Positions 25,032 to 38,834 of a stretch of DNA of 64,000 bases are shown one piece after another. The position numbers and the translations under genes are program-made. Position 1 is the first letter of the stretch; each line of letters begins with the position of its first letter. Source of the DNA: Lama glama (Eukaryota); NCBI GenBank assembly GCA_028534125.1, contig CM052844.1, positions 868,001 to 932,000 on the forward strand, in the 5' to 3' direction. Below the pieces are notes generated by a model. That model had not been told where the DNA came from. It saw only the letters and a list, made by a program, of their open reading frames with translations, and ran no database searches.

Positions 25032-28000
25032 GCTCCCCTCGCTGGCATTTCCTAATGGAGATCGCTTTTATTATTTCAGAAGCCATGGAAGAATTTGCAG
25101 TTATTAAGAATTTGCACTGGCTGAGAATTTCCCAGAAGCCTGACACTGTGCTGTGGGCATTGCTGTTTGAGTTAAGAGATGTGAATATCGTAAGGTGTGA
25201 TTTGTGCCTTATTCACAGATCAAATGATGGCTGAGGGGTCGAGCACCCTCCCAGCAGGATGCGTGGGCCCTACTCTGCCATCCTCGCTGGTGCCACCCGG
25301 CCACGTGGTTTTGGTGTGGCTGACCCCACGGCCCCAGCTCCAGGAAGGACCACGAGCCTAGCTGAGGCTGGAAGTTAACAGCTACTGGTTCCAAGGAGGT
25401 GACAGGCCAGACAGTGGGACTCAACCGAAAGGGGCAAGTCAGCCTGGGCTTTGTCAAGCCTGTGAGAAGGAGACACGCTTTCTGCTGAAGTTGCTAAGGG
25501 GATAAAATGTAAGCTCTGAGGAGGGCCACATGCCGCCTGGGAGGAAGCAACACAGAGACCAGGCCGGGGGGCAGGCAGCGAGCCCATCGGCGCCCTGCGT
25601 GGACCGCGGCTGTGCTGTAGGTCCTCCGCGTTGAGGGCCGGCGGGCGGGCCCGGCACCTGCGACCCACTGCCGTGAGCTCCTCACACTCGGGTTTGCTCT
25701 CGTGGGACACCGCCCACGCGCGAGAGACGGCGGGACCATCCTCACAGCCTGTGGAGCTGGTCTGGTTCTGACTCGACCCGGTGAGCTCGCCCCGGCTGGT
25801 CTGCTTTCCCCCTTCATCGTCCGCACCCCAGGTTTGTGCTACAGCAGGTGCGGTGAGAACAGAGGTGCGTCGTGTCCCAGTCAGCGGCGGTGACTTGTCG
25901 CTTCCACCGCAAGTGACAGGGACATTAGCATTTGCTTTTGCTAATCTTCATTCAGTTTGGGACTTTGGGCCCTGATCACCTGAAAGACAAATGCTTTTCT
26001 CAACTTCCGACGTCCGCACGCAGCCCCGGGGCTAGCTGCTGCTTTCCCATGGGAAAGTCAGCCTTCTAGCGGGAGTGAGAGGCCCAGGTCTGCGGGCCTC
26101 GGCCGGAGGGAGGATTTTCACTGGGGCTGAGCAGAGCCAGGTGGAAATTATGACTTAAATAATTTCTCGTCACATGCCGCAGTCACGTGACTCTCTAGGT
26201 GATCCTGTTAATCTTTCCCCCTAATGCTGCTTTTATTTGTTTATTTTCATGTTGGCTTGTTATTTTTATTACCCGGCCACGCTGTGTGGCCTCTTGGATA
26301 AAGCAGCTGGGAAACTCCAATTTTAGAATGAACGGCCGGGAGAACAGGTTCTGCATTCACTTACTTTTAAGTAAACTCTGATTATCCGGATTGACTACAC
26401 CACCAACGTCCTTGTGAATGGAGCTCCTTTGTGTAACTTTTATGATACCTCATGCCAGGGAAGGTCAGGCTGCAGTGTAACCTGATACTCTTGTGTTAAA
26501 AGGCCCAAATTAACAAATTCCTGAAAGCTAAGCAAGGAATCCATTTTCAAATGGTTTCTTGGGCACGAAGCGGGTACACACAAGCCCCTGATGAATAGGG
26601 AGCCTGTGCTTGAGGTCTCGTTGCAAATTCACCACGATGTCCTCATAAACGCTTAGGACACTGAAAATAAGGTGTATGACGGGGATTTTACAGGTGGCGT
26701 GAGCCTCTGGACATCCGTGTCCAGTGAACGTTACAAGAGAGGCGTTGCCCCAACGTGTCTTCATGCTGGAGAATGAGACCATCGCACCACGATAAACCTT
26801 TAGGCACCTCTCTCCTGAGATTCTTATAGAGTCTCTTCAAGCCTTTCGTATCTGGCGTTGCTAACTTGAGAGAACTCATAAATGTCAGATTTTTTTTCCA
26901 CTTTAGAGAAGCACGGAGTGTGTGGGCTTGGATGTCTGATTGGAGCCCAGGAGTTTCATGGTTTGCTCCATCGGCTGACACCAGCAAGCTCCGTGCCCTG
27001 GGCCTGGTGGGGGCCCGTTGGGGCCAGATTAGCAACACCCCCTGCCTGTTAGAACTGTCTGCTCCCCCAGAGCCTCTCACTGACAGGCCCTCCGCGGCCA
27101 CACAGAAGCCTTCCCACTGTTCTTCGTGAGAGGAATGTGTCTATTTTATCTTCTGAGATAGAAAGATGAGAGGCCGAGCTAAGAAATGCTGCCCCAGAGG
27201 CTGGTGACCACGGCTCCGGGAGCACCTCACAGACGCTCTCGGCCTAAACCCGTGGTCTGTTTCCTCCTCCCACTGTGAGCACGCCTTTCCCCTCCAAGCA
27301 TCCACCCGGAGTTATTGAAACGCACGTCACTCTGATATTTGACCCCTGGCCTCTGGGGTCAGTTGTCCACTGACCAGGCTGCTGGAGCCTGAGACCTCTG
27401 GGTGGTCTCTGCACCCACCCCAGCCCATCAATCAAGCACCAAGCAGCCAGAAGAATAGAGAGGGAAGCTGCCACAGCCAACCCCAGAGGCGGACAGCTGG
27501 TCCACCTCCAGAGCAGTCTCGCTATGTCGTAGCCGTTCTTTCGTCTGTTTTAAGGGAACGAGAAGCCACTGCTAGTCCCCAGAGGACTTCCAGGCTCTGC
27601 TCTTTACAAACCTGTGGCCGTGTTCCTGCCCCACCCCTGCCCTTGCTCATCACATAGAAGCCTCTCCAGCTCCGGCCTCCACGCCTGAAAAGAACGCTGA
27701 CAGAGTGAGGGTCTCCTTGTCCAGGTGTCCTTCCGGCAGCCCCCTGGGGGGCAGCAGGGGCCAGAAGCCCTTCAGCATCTGTGTGCTGTGGGACGAGGCT
27801 GTCTGTGAGGGTGACGGGGCTTCATCTCTGGGCCACATGCCGGGAGAAGTTCAGAAGACTTTTCTGAAAACCTCCCGAGTGTCAGTTCCGTGACTGCATC
27901 TCTCTGGAAAAGTCAGTGGCAACCGTTCTTAAACGTTAATCACTCCTGTTGATTTTTGTTATTTAGATGATTATTCTTAGCCTCGCTGAAGAATAGGACG

Positions 28001-28352
28001 ATTTGGTTGGCAGCAGAAAGTGGAATCATTTTGTTTCTCACCACGGGATGAGTAAAACTGACAACCCCCCCCATTCTCAGGAAGTCATAATTAGAAATTA
28101 GAGCTGCACCAAACTGCTCGCTCCAGCTGTAAACTCTGGCAGAGGAAGTGATGAACACCTCAAAAGCCCTGTCAGCTGCTCAATGCATGGCAGTTTATTT
28201 TTTTAAATTGTATGGCTTACTTTTTCCTACTGTAAGAGGCAAAGCCAAATGGAATTTGTGGATTTTTAGATAATTTTTGAAGCTTTTAAAACTGCTCTTG
28301 AAATCTGCCTTTTAGATACAGACACACACTTTAAAAAAAAATTATCTTAACA

Positions 28353-28481
28353 TTTTTTCTTGTTGTTGGGGAAGTAATTGGGTTTGTTCACTTGATTATG
28401 TTTTAGTGGAGGCGCTGGGGATTGAACCCAGGACCTCATGCGTGCTAGGCATGTGCTCTGCCGCTGAGCTATGCCCTTCCC
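28353..28481 (-). mobile_element. Camelid tRNA-derived SINE (Vic-1-like) with intact A and B boxes
   Basis: Reverse complement GGGAAGGGCATAGCTCAGCGGCAGAGCAC...CCTGGGTTCAATCCCCAGCGCCTCCACTAAA...AAACCCAATTACTTCCCC plus an A-rich tail. Confidence 0.92.
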
Positions 28482-28674
28482 TACACTGGTCTTTATTATC
28501 AAAGCAACTTGTTATTACAAAATGATGACAGGCACAAAAGAGTGAAGGTGAAGTTTTGGGCCGGGCCACGGGTGTCTCTGATGTAACCGTGTAACTCGAG
28601 TAGGTGACTAGAACATGCTGGGTTTACTGGCATAAAGCAGAGTTGTAGCTGATTTGAAGTATTGCCAGAAATGT

Positions 28675-28720
28675 TCTGAGCATGTGCGCAGTGTGTGATC
28701 TGAGCGTGTGCGCAGTGTGT
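28675..28720. repeat. 24-bp tandem duplication
   Basis: TCTGAGCATGTGCGCAGTGTGTGA followed by TCTGAGCGTGTGCGCAGTGTGT. Confidence 0.9.
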
Positions 28721-31700
28721 CAGAACCGCCCTGAGGCTTGCTTGAGTATTCGGGCCATGAAGTTTTGATGTGCGCAGTCTTTCACTGAAGTGTGGCATTT
28801 GGTAGAAGTTAAGTTCATCGTGACTTATTAAATGACAGATTTAAGAAGGGCTTCAGATTATTTTTCACCAAGAATTATGTGACTGTAAGCACAGCTTTAT
28901 AAAACACGATACATTTGAAGCACTTAGTTGAAAACTCTAAATTTAGTCACCAAACTGTTGTGGGGGCTGATTTAGACGCTTGCTAAGGTGACGAGAAAGC
29001 AACACACACTGGCTTGTGTTGGAGCAGCTTTAGAAGGGACGGTGGGAGGAAAGTGTGCCCAGGTCCCACTGGCCTTCAGAGTCACACCAGGATTTAGCTG
29101 TTTGGGTCCTGCTCTGGGTCCACTGAGGCACGAGGACTCCTCGGGGCCTGGACGCCCTGCACCGTCAGCTCCGCCGGGCACGGCTCCCACACCTCCTGTG
29201 TACACACTCTGCACGTGAGCCCATCACCGGGCGCAGGGACAGGCTCCGCTTCACAGGTGGGGACACAGGTGCAGAGAGAGGAGGGAGCCTGCTGCTTCTG
29301 GGGGAGGATTTCGGAGGGGCCTGCCGCCCGCCGGGGCTGTCACCGTGAAGGGGCAGCAAATTTATCAACACGCACAGCCCCGCAGAGACAGGCCGTGAGT
29401 GTCGTGGGCACAAGGCAGCACCCAGCAGTCAGAGCAGGCGCAGGACTGGACCGGCCTAAGGGGTTGGAGAGTCGCGCTCAGAAAGGACTTCTATTCTCCT
29501 AAGACGGAGCGTGGCCCGGAGGCGGGTAGCGCAGAGCCTCCCAGGTGGGGGGGGGGTCCCACGCTAGGAAGGGAAAGACCAGGCAGCTCAGAGCATTGCT
29601 CTTCGTTCTCCAAGAGCCGTCGTCACATCCCTCTCCAGTGACGCCGGCTCTCACTTCACCCGGCCCTGGGGAAGCGGTTGCGGGAGTGAAGGGGTGGCGG
29701 TGCCTGTCCTGCAGCCGGACAGCGCGCCCTGCCGCCTGCACCTCCGTCTCCGAGAGCTGCTCGCTGCCCGGTGAGGGCAGAGGCACACCTGAGGGAGCAA
29801 CCGACCGCCCCAGGCTCTGCCAGCCCCGGAGCAGCCGGCGGGGTGGCAGCCGGCGGGGCCCTCCTTTCTGCTGGGCGCTCTGGGCAAAGGCAAGCTCGCC
29901 TCCTCTGAGAAAGCTCTTTAAAAACTAGCTGCTCGCGGGGAATTTGCTGCACACCGACCACCCTACCCCTGCAGAGGGGCCGGACCTCACCGACTCCCCG
30001 GCCTTCCGCTCCCACTTCGCCCACCAGTGGGGGGAACGGATTTCAAAGGCTCTCCAGTATCTCTGTGAATCAAAGACGCAGTGAAGCGCGTCTGGGGAAC
30101 GCTGCTGGGGCCCCGCGTCCCGCACCCGGAAACGCCAAGCTTCCGTGCAGAGGTGGGCACGGGGCTAGGTCTCCCCCCGCCCCCGAGCGCCGCAGGGAGA
30201 GCGGACTTCCTGGGGAGGCGCCGGGCTCCCGGGCTCCCGGGTGGAGGGCTGGGCGGAGGCCCTGTTGTGGGGACCGGGCACAATTTAATTCAGGGATTGT
30301 CACCCCGGCTGGATAAACTTTGACAACAGAAGATGAGCCATTTCCTGCCAAGGTTTTGAATGTGACGCAGCACAGAAAGCTCCAGGCGCCTGGGGGCACC
30401 TTACAAAGATGACCCGCCTCTCGGGCAGGGCTGACAGCACCCCCCTCCTCACCGCTGGTAATGAGGGTGCTTCAGAATTTGCGACTTCTTATTTTAATCT
30501 ACAATACGCTACTTCCAAATGGCCAAATATAAACCTTTATTTTTTAAAAGCACTTAATTTTACTTTACTGAGGAGGTGGCTGCCCTGGCGAACAGACAGT
30601 GATTGTCTGGAGAGTGAAAATTGCAACCCCCCACCACGCTGTTTTCTCTTTAGAAACGGGAAATGGGATGACTTCCGAACATCTATGTAAACTCTCTTTA
30701 TTCTGCCTTTCTCCTTGTGTGGGTGGGGGGTTTGCACGTTCCATTCTGAGAAATCAGGTCATGACAGTCAAATCGTTGGCTGATACAGTGAGCAAAGAAA
30801 ACGTCAATCAAATCGGTGGTTTGACTGAATCGATCTGGCCTCTTAGATGCAGCTGGATCATTGCTGCAAACGTCGGTGTCCATGGAAATTGCAAGGGCAT
30901 CTCAGTGTGTAGCCGGAGGGAAGGGCCTGAGTTCCGTGGCACCAAGGTCCGCACAGCGTGCTCTGTCCCCCACGCCCCAGAGTGCACCCTTCCACGCCCA
31001 GCCTGGCCGGTTTTGGGCTGGAAGACCAGCGGGCCGCAGATGAGCCACGTCTCTGCCCTTACCCTGTTCACACAGCTCTGCCCCCTCTGCGCAGTTCACC
31101 AACGAGGGACCTAACGGCGGAAAAGAACAGAACTTGTGTCATGGATCCTGCTGCTCAGCGACCGTAAAAGTAAAGAGGGTTGTTTCCGGGGTGGGGAGGA
31201 AAGTGTAAAACTGCTCTGGCAACAAGCAGAATGATCAGATGAAAGGTAGAAGAGGAAGGGTGGGCACGCCTGCATCCATGGTCTTTAATTTTTTATGAAC
31301 CTGGTAGAATTTCCTGCAATTTTGTGCTTCGAAACTTGTCATTTCTGCCTAAGACAGAATGAAAATATGCATTCCTATGACAGGTGACAACAGCGTGAAG
31401 CATCCGGCTCACGAGGCGGCCATGCCACGTGCCCAGCACCATGCTTCCAGGCGCAGCTTGGATGTCCTGAGCACCAGGAAGGGAGGCGGGGACGCAGGTG
31501 CCGACGCCGTGCAGGCAGCACCAGCCTGTCCCGCCCGGCTCCGCCCGTGCCCTCAGCGCCTGCACCTGCGCCCCGCACCTGCACGTCCTCCCGCTCGCCG
31601 CAGTCTGCTCTGACGCCCACTCTGCGTGCCTCCATTTTCTTTCCCCTCCTTGTTCAGCCTTCGTCCCTCTTGGTCCTGGCTTCCTTCCTCAGCCACATCT

Positions 31701-34569
31701 CCCGCTCCATCCCTTCCCTGCCTTCCTTCCCACCTCATCTGCTTCCTCCTCCCCTGGTTGGTCCCCCTTCCCCCGATTCCCTGATGGTCCGGGCCTGTCT
31801 CCGCGGGCGGGACGTTGGCTTTCCTGCCCAGCGACCACCGTCCGCAGAGCTGGGCGGGGGCACTGCGGTAGGGCGTGTGCAGCTGCTCTGCCCCTTGGTG
31901 TCTGAGAGGAGAGGCTCGGAGGACTCTGGCTGTTACATCCACGCCACACGTTTCTGTTAAATCCTGGGCGCTGCTCCCTGATGAGGCGGTGGTCGGGCTC
32001 CAAATCGAACCCCTGCTAAACGGGCTGACAATCAGCCCTGCTTCCACCAAGGCTTCATCCGGGCACCTGTGTCAAGAGAAATAGTCCCATAAACATCTTG
32101 ACGAATTCCTTTCTCTTCCGGACGTTTCATCACAAGCATCAGCGCGACGTGAGTGCGGGTCAGGCTTTCTGAACGTGCGGCCGGATTTCTCAGCTGGGTC
32201 TCCGCTCTGCGGAAGGAGGTCAGAGGGGCTGCCAGGCCCCCGGGAACGGGGAGGAAGCGCGCGTGGGCGCGGAGGCCCCAGGCTGGCCGGGGAGGGGGCG
32301 CTTGGGAAGCCGCTCTTCTGCCCAGCGACCACCGCCTACCGAGCGGGGCAGGGGGCCTCTGTGGGAGGGGAGGAGCCGCGATGCAGAGCGAACCCCCGTC
32401 TTCGGGGGGCAGACCTCCCCGCCCGCTCCAGCTGCCGAGCGCTCACTGCTGGACCCCGGAGCCGCTGCCTCTGCCTCTTCCCACCAGGACCCCTCAGACC
32501 CTCACGTCTTCCCTGCAAACGAGGCTGCTTGTGGAGGACCTCCCCCAGGAGCGTGAGGACGACCGTGTGGGCTTTCTTTGGGGTATTTTAAAGCTGGACT
32601 GAAGGAGGGGCAGAGCTTGGGCTGATTCTCGCCATGGAGAGGAAGCCAATTACTTCCTTTACGTGCTTCTGACATTTCTCTGCTCCTGGTTACCCAAGGC
32701 AAGCTACCGTCTCCACTGCAGTGCGTCGTGTGGAGCAGGTGTCTCCTGACTGCCAGCGCCTTTCTGCCTGTGAGTATCACTCTGCTCAGCATCACCGAAC
32801 TCCAGCCCATCGTGGGAGCAAACCGGTGCTCTTGCTGCAGAGGGAAAGGAAGACGGGGAGCCATCGGCAGCGCAGAGGGTCCTGGACTTGAGCAGTGGGA
32901 GCGTCTCTGGACCGTCACGGCCCGGGAAGCTGTGCACGGAGAGGATGCATCTCCTGGGGACTGGCAGAGGGCACACACGTGCGCTGATAAAGGCCGGCGC
33001 TCAGCAAAACGGGGCCAGGCCTGGTTGTGGGAGGACGTGCTGTCACGGTGCTGCTTCTTCAGTGGGGCGCTGATGTGCGTCAGCTAGACCGGTGCCTTTT
33101 AGGCACATGCGGCCGTGTCCGCGGAGGCCTTGCCCTGGCTCCCAGGCTCAGCCCCATCCTGCGATGACGCGTCCCGTCTTTCCCTGAACGTCATGGCCCT
33201 GATGAGGCCTCAGCCGACAGCAGTCACCTCGCTGTCGCTCAGACATTGTCCCCGCACCAGCAGATCCGTTTTGAAAAATTGGAATGAAGTGATACTGCCT
33301 AACGCTGAGCGTTTACTGAGCCCATGGAATATTTCCATCTGGAGTAAACGTTGATGACGGTGACACCCGAGGCCATCAGAGCTGTCGGAGACTCTGAGGC
33401 GGGGCAACATGACTGAGTCAAGTGCCACCACAAATACTCTGTTGCGAGACACAGAGGTTAGGACCTCAGAGGACAGCACCCTGCCAGCGCTGCATGATTT
33501 ATCGCATCCTGAGGTGGGAATAGTGAACGGCGATGAAGTTGGGCTGAGTGTTCAATTTTTCTACCTTGAAATTAAATCCAGATTATGACATAGTGTTATT
33601 TTTGCAATTGGACATCACTACATAATTTCATAGTTTATAATTTTTATGATCACTTTATAATCATATTCAGAACTTAAAGGCCTACCTTCGATTTTTTGAG
33701 GTGGGCTTCTTCCGGCCCTCTCTGGTCTGCCTCTGCCTTGATGTGTCCCCAGAGGACACAGTGTGGCCAGTCTTTCAGTCTACGCTGTGAGCAAGAATGG
33801 GCTGTCTTTGGAATTGGTTAAACTATTAACTTACCGCGATTTTATTCTCAACAAAAATTGGAAATGTATGCATGTCCAGACTACATCAAACATCAGGCAG
33901 AAAGCAGCACCTTTGTGGTCAGGGGTTAGAAGCCATATGTCATGGAAGACCTGGCTCTGTCTTACAAGAGAGACTCAGGCATGTATTTCAACCAGTATCA
34001 TCTTTACCTGTAACATTTCTTTCTTAAATCCCTGCAGATTTTAAACTCAGTCAAAACTCAGCTTCCCCGAACTTCAGTGCTCAGGCTGAATCGATCACCA
34101 TCTCCTTTCAGCCTCCATCGTGTCTGTCACTCGAAATCCATTCATTAGTCTGTGTTACTGTCCCCACTGCGGGGCTGTGGGCTCCTCCAGAGTGAGAGCA
34201 TGGCTTCCATGATCGAGGACCCGACGGCTAAACCAATAACGCGTGTGGCTTTTGAATGGCTGAAAGGCAGAGGGCACATCATCACTGGCCTGGGAGAACT
34301 AGGAAACCAGGGTCTTGGAAGATTTGATCATAAACCCAGACTGCAATTTGTTCAACACATTTTTGTGTCTCTGATGGACACACGTATTTATCATATCAAG
34401 AGAATATCGAAAATAGCCCAGCGACGTGCCTCAGGGCAACACGGGAGGTGAAGCAGGAAGGTCCAGGCCCTGGGAGGCTCAGACGAAGCACAGGGCCTCA
34501 GCCTGACGCAGGTCGTCCCTGCACTGACACCGACACCACCAAGCAGGTGTGTGCACATCCCTGAGTCTC

Positions 34570-34740
34570 AACTCATCACGTACACACAGCAGTCCCCATG
34601 GGTGGGCACTGTCGGCACCTCACTGGGCAGCTGGGCGAACGGAGGCTGAATTAGGTAAAACCACTCTCTAAATGGCAAAGTCAGTTTATAGTAACACAGA
34701 TGAATCCAAATCCATGTCCATCTGATGCCATTTTGGACGC
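34570..34740 (-). mobile_element. Degenerate MIR
   Basis: ...GGGCGAACGGAGGCTGAATTAGGTAAA...AATCCAAATCCATGTCCATCTGATGCCA resembles reversed MIR. Confidence 0.45.
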
Positions 34741-36056
34741 CTGTGGTGGAGATGATGGTCTGAACTGTCCACCCACATATATTCCATTTCTGGAAACATC
34801 TTTTCCTCCTTCCATGCAGCCCCTGCAGCAGGAGACCAGCGATGGGGCTGACGTCCTTTATCCCAGTGGAGATGGAGGGGACGTGGTATAAATTGCGTGG
34901 AGCCACAGAACTACTGCTTAGCTTTGGGTTTTAAAGTTGACTTTGAAGTCCCATGGAAAGGTCAAAGATTTGGAAGTTGGCCTTCAAGAGATGAAAATGA
35001 GTTCTCTCAAGGCCCCAGAGCAGACCGGCTGCAGCCCCGAGGGCAGGCTCAGGAGCAGGAAGGAGGCCCTGAGGAAGGAGCAGCCGAGTCTCTCAGGAGC
35101 AGCAGCAAGGCCCAGGGAGAGGACGGGCGAGCAGAGGCTGCTCACCCTCACGCGTGACCCAGCTTGGCACGTCCCAGGGTGCGTGGACGGCCCTGGAGAG
35201 ACTGGAGGACGCTGGAACCAGCGTCCTGCCCACCAGGGCGTGCCCTGGGAGCCAGAGTCCCCAGGAGGAGGGCCCCCTTCTAGCTGGAGCAGGAAGACGG
35301 GCAGAGGGCCCCAATGGTGGCTCTTAGGCCCTGCACATCCAGAATGACTTTGAAACAGCAGCTCAGAGCTCCCAGCCTCCAAGGCTATAGTGGGAATCCT
35401 GCCAGGACTCCGGGGCCGAATGGCCAGTGGTTGACTTAGGGGGCCACAGGGTTTTCACTGCGGAGGCCACACAAGGAGCAGTCAGCAGCAGCCAAGGTGG
35501 GCAAAAGACTGCCCTCTGCTGCCCACAACAGGTGGCACCAGCCTCCCCGATAGAGCAGGGGGCAGGGTGCCCGGGACGGGTGGGACAGCTACATCAGAGG
35601 GGACGGGCTGCAGGCTGGATAACGTCCCCAGTCCCAGATGAGGCAGAAGCACGTGGAGAGGAGTGGAGAGAGGGGAGGGACCCCAAGGGGCTGGAAAAGG
35701 AGGGGCTAGTACCTCCCTTCTGTGGTCCAGGACTTTCCCACCCTCATGAGGATAGGGACTCAAAGTCAAGATGGAATCGTAGAGGAAACAGTGAAAGTTA
35801 TTTATCCATCTATGTATTTACGGTGTGCACGGCGGACCTGTAACGAAGAGGTGTAGTTTTTACTGGCTGTGTTATGAATGAACACGCTGCACTCACAGCC
35901 AGCAGCCCCGGAGACCTGGGTCTCAGTGCAGCCTGAATGAATGGGGCGGGGGTCCCACGGCTGGAGGCGGCCCCCTGGACGGGACGGAAGGGGAGGCAGC
36001 CAGGGCAGGTGAGGGCCGCGGGTGGGCTGGGAGAGGGGCCGAGGTCACGGTGGTGC

Positions 36057-36106
36057 GCCGCCGGCCTCCGCCGGCCTCCTCCGGCCCCCGCCGGCCTCCT
36101 CCAGCC
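36057..36106. repeat. 10-bp GC-rich tandem repeat (CGCCGGCCTC-like, ~5 copies)
   Basis: GCCGCCGGCCTCCGCCGGCCTCCTCCGGCCCCCGCCGGCCTCCTCCAGCC. Confidence 0.85.
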
Positions 36107-37769
36107 CTGGGGACGCAGCAGGCAGTGCAGAGAGAGAACAGCAAAACTAATGCAGAAAGGGCGGCACAGAGCGAGGACTCACGGCCGGGGAAGCCGGCCA
36201 GCTCGCTGGGTCTTTGGCTCTTACTGTCCACGTGTGTCTGAGGCTTCGTTACCACGCTTACTGGGCCAGAGGAGATGGAGAAGCAGTGACTAGCTTGTGG
36301 TGAGTGGCAGAGGCTGAGCAAGAGCTGGTGGGCGCCAGCAGCCCCCAGCCCCGCTCCACCACCTCTCCCCAGACAGGGCTGGAGAAGTGAAAGAGGGCAG
36401 ACAGACCTGCACACGGCGAAGTCTGGGCCCGCCTGACCGCTGCCCACCTGCACTTAGCGGGCTGGGAAGTGTATGCCTCATTCTAGAAATTCTTCCGCAA
36501 GCACCCCTGGGAAGCTAAGTCCTCCAAGGCACACGCTGAAGTGACCTGGAAAGTCCACCTCTACCCCGAAGCTCACTCCGCCACAAATACACGAGTCCTC
36601 CTGAACACACTTCGGGGACACGTACACACCCCGCTTGCACGCACACGCACGCCGTGTACACCGGCTGCTCGGCCACGAGTCAGCAAGTGTGGCCTGTGGT
36701 TAAGGGCTTCGTGAGGGGCTGGGGGTTACTTGCACAGGGTGCGCACGCACCCGGGCCTCTGGGCATTCAGTCGGGGATCGCATTATGCAGCGAGCCTCCC
36801 CACTGCCCTGCCCCTCTAGGAAGCAGGCTTCTTCTGAGATCTGGACCAGGACAAAGGGTTCCTGACAAAGGGCACAGACGGCTCCTCTCCGAGCCAGCCC
36901 CGTGGCTGGGGGCTGCAGAAGGTTCGCAAGGCTCCGACAGAGGGGAGAGCGCGGAGGCCACGTGGGGTCTGGGCCAGCGAGAGTCTGAGGGCAAAGCAAT
37001 TCTGGATCTTCGAGAAGCAAATGGAAAGCAGCTTGGCTCGTTAAACCGGGCTGTGAGCCTGTGAGGGGCGGCCCTTCTTCGAGGCCTCGGAGTGTGCTTC
37101 CTCCCACCTCTGAAGGACTACAGGTGCTTGCTAAGAAGGAGCATCACAGGATTTTGTTCAAAACGCATTGATCGTGAGACCAAAACCAGGACAATCTAGA
37201 TTTATCATCATTATAAACCCAACGGAGGTTTACAACATGAGCAGTGGCGCGTGGGTCCGGGGCGGTGGACCCCTTCCTTCAAGTTTCTGTTTCTTTCCAA
37301 GTCGCAGTCCTGCACCACGATGGGAGCTGGGCGTGGACAGACTGGGAGGTGATGACGTCGCCAGCATCCTCGGGGCGCGGGCAGGTGCACCTCCATCCCC
37401 CTTTCCATTTTCAGCATCACTGGTGTCATATGTTGGGTCTCAGTGGATGACATGCAGGTTGCCCGGCTCAGTAAACCGGCCTCAAGCCGCACTGGAAGGC
37501 CAGCCGCGCGTGCCCCTAGGGCCTGGGACAGGTCCCCCGGCACGGGACCCCTGGCCGTCCGGCCTCACAGGCCCTGCCTGGTGGTGCCCATCCAGGGTGC
37601 TGCGACGCTGAGTCAGTCAGTCTCCCCAAGGCGTTCTAAAATCGGACAGAAAGGCCCTGCGGACGCCAATCGTTATTATAATTATTCGAAAAGTGTGTCT
37701 CTGTGCCAGGAAGTTGCCACAGGCTGCCCGGCTCCGATTGTGATGCTAATGCAGTGACAGAGGAGGAGG

Positions 37770-38510
37770 GAGCGCTTGCTACCGATGCCCCGCGCCCTCC
37801 TCGCGCCGGCCCGGGACCGGGAGCCCGCGCACGTGCGGGCCGGACCGCCGCCGTCACGTCCCGGGGCCGCGGGACGGGCTCTTCCGCCGCCGCCGCCGCC
37901 CCTGCGCCCGGGCACCGGCAGGGCCGGCCGACGGGGCGGAGGCCGGGCCGGGGTCGCCGCGGGGGCAGCCTTTGTGGCGGCGGCCGGCGCCGGGAGGGCT
38001 CTGAAAGCGCGAGCGCGACGCCCACTGCGTTTTTGTTTCCCGTTGCAGCTGGAACGCGCCCGACGAGCTTCCTCTCTCGCCTCCGGGGCGGCGGAGGCGG
38101 CGATGCGCCGGCCCCCGGCCCGCGTTGCGGCGGGAGGGGCGCCCTCCCGGCCCGGGCCCTCCCCTGCCCGGAGCCGCGGCCGCTGCGCGGGGCCGCCGCC
38201 CCCCAGCCTGCCCGGGCGGCGCCGGTGCCAGTGTAAATGAGCCCGTTCATTTCCCGCCGCTGGCATATGGCATGTCATTGTCCTCGGTCACCGAGGCAGA
38301 AGTGATGCAATTTGTTGGCATGTCCTGCCCCAGCGCAGACCATCCACCCCACTGAGCCCCCAGAAAACGGCAGCAGCCGGGGAAGGGCAGCCGAAACCCG
38401 CAGCGCCTGCTCGCGCACGCGCGCTGGGGGCGGGGCGAGGCCCCGGACCCCTCCCGCCCTGGCCGCGTCTCCGGCTCTGCGTGTCCGTCTGTCTGCCTCT
38501 CCAGCCGCGG
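37770..38510. promoter_or_regulatory. CpG island B, strongest promoter-like region in the window
   Basis: Very high GC and CpG; GC boxes; E-box CACGTG ~37830; CGTCA ~37852; (CCG)n ~37884-37900; E2F-like TTTCCCGC ~38250; TGATGCAAT 38303-38311; CCAAT ~37666. Confidence 0.9.
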
Positions 38511-38683
38511 AGGACCTAAGGGGACCCTCCCCGGTGTCATCAGGCGGCTCTGATGTGACCGCGTCTGCTTCTGCTCCCCGCCCCTTCCAAGCATTCCAGA
38601 ACGGACAGGGGGAATGTAAATGCACCTGCAGGGATAGGAAGCGAAACCGCCTGAGCTGACTGTATCTACAAAGGAGGGGGGCG

Positions 38684-38834
38684 TATAAAAAGGTCCAGGG
38701 GCGGTTTCATTAGACACGAGAAGAGGTTGGTGCAACGTGTTGGGCAAACACGTCTGTGAAGAGGGGAGCGAGTCCCGGGCTTTAAGTTCACACCCCACTG
38801 GGCTCTGGGCTTCACAGAACAAACCACGGTGAGC
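38684..38834 (+). promoter_or_regulatory. TATA box plus candidate non-coding first exon
   Basis: GGGGGGCGTATAAAAAGG (TATA at 38684), donor ACG|GTGAGC at 38828/38829, ETS motif CGGAAGTG ~38859. Confidence 0.4.

Noticed and set aside
28410-28481. tRNA-like sequence with A and B boxes
   Set aside because: Head of a SINE with its tail; not a tRNA gene.
29640-30280. CpG-rich patch (similar ones at ~32150-32470 and ~52990-54380) as promoter islands
   Set aside because: Lower CpG density than islands A and B and explicable by regional GC bias; not called without methylation data.
37636-38278. Overlapping 150-200 aa ORFs on both strands of CpG island B
   Set aside because: Arg/Pro/Gly/Ala low-complexity in several frames, typical of CpG islands; no homology recognised.
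38690-38706. CTCF and REST motif candidates (also ~6705, ~21035, ~30021)
   Set aside because: Only half-sites or matches with several core mismatches.
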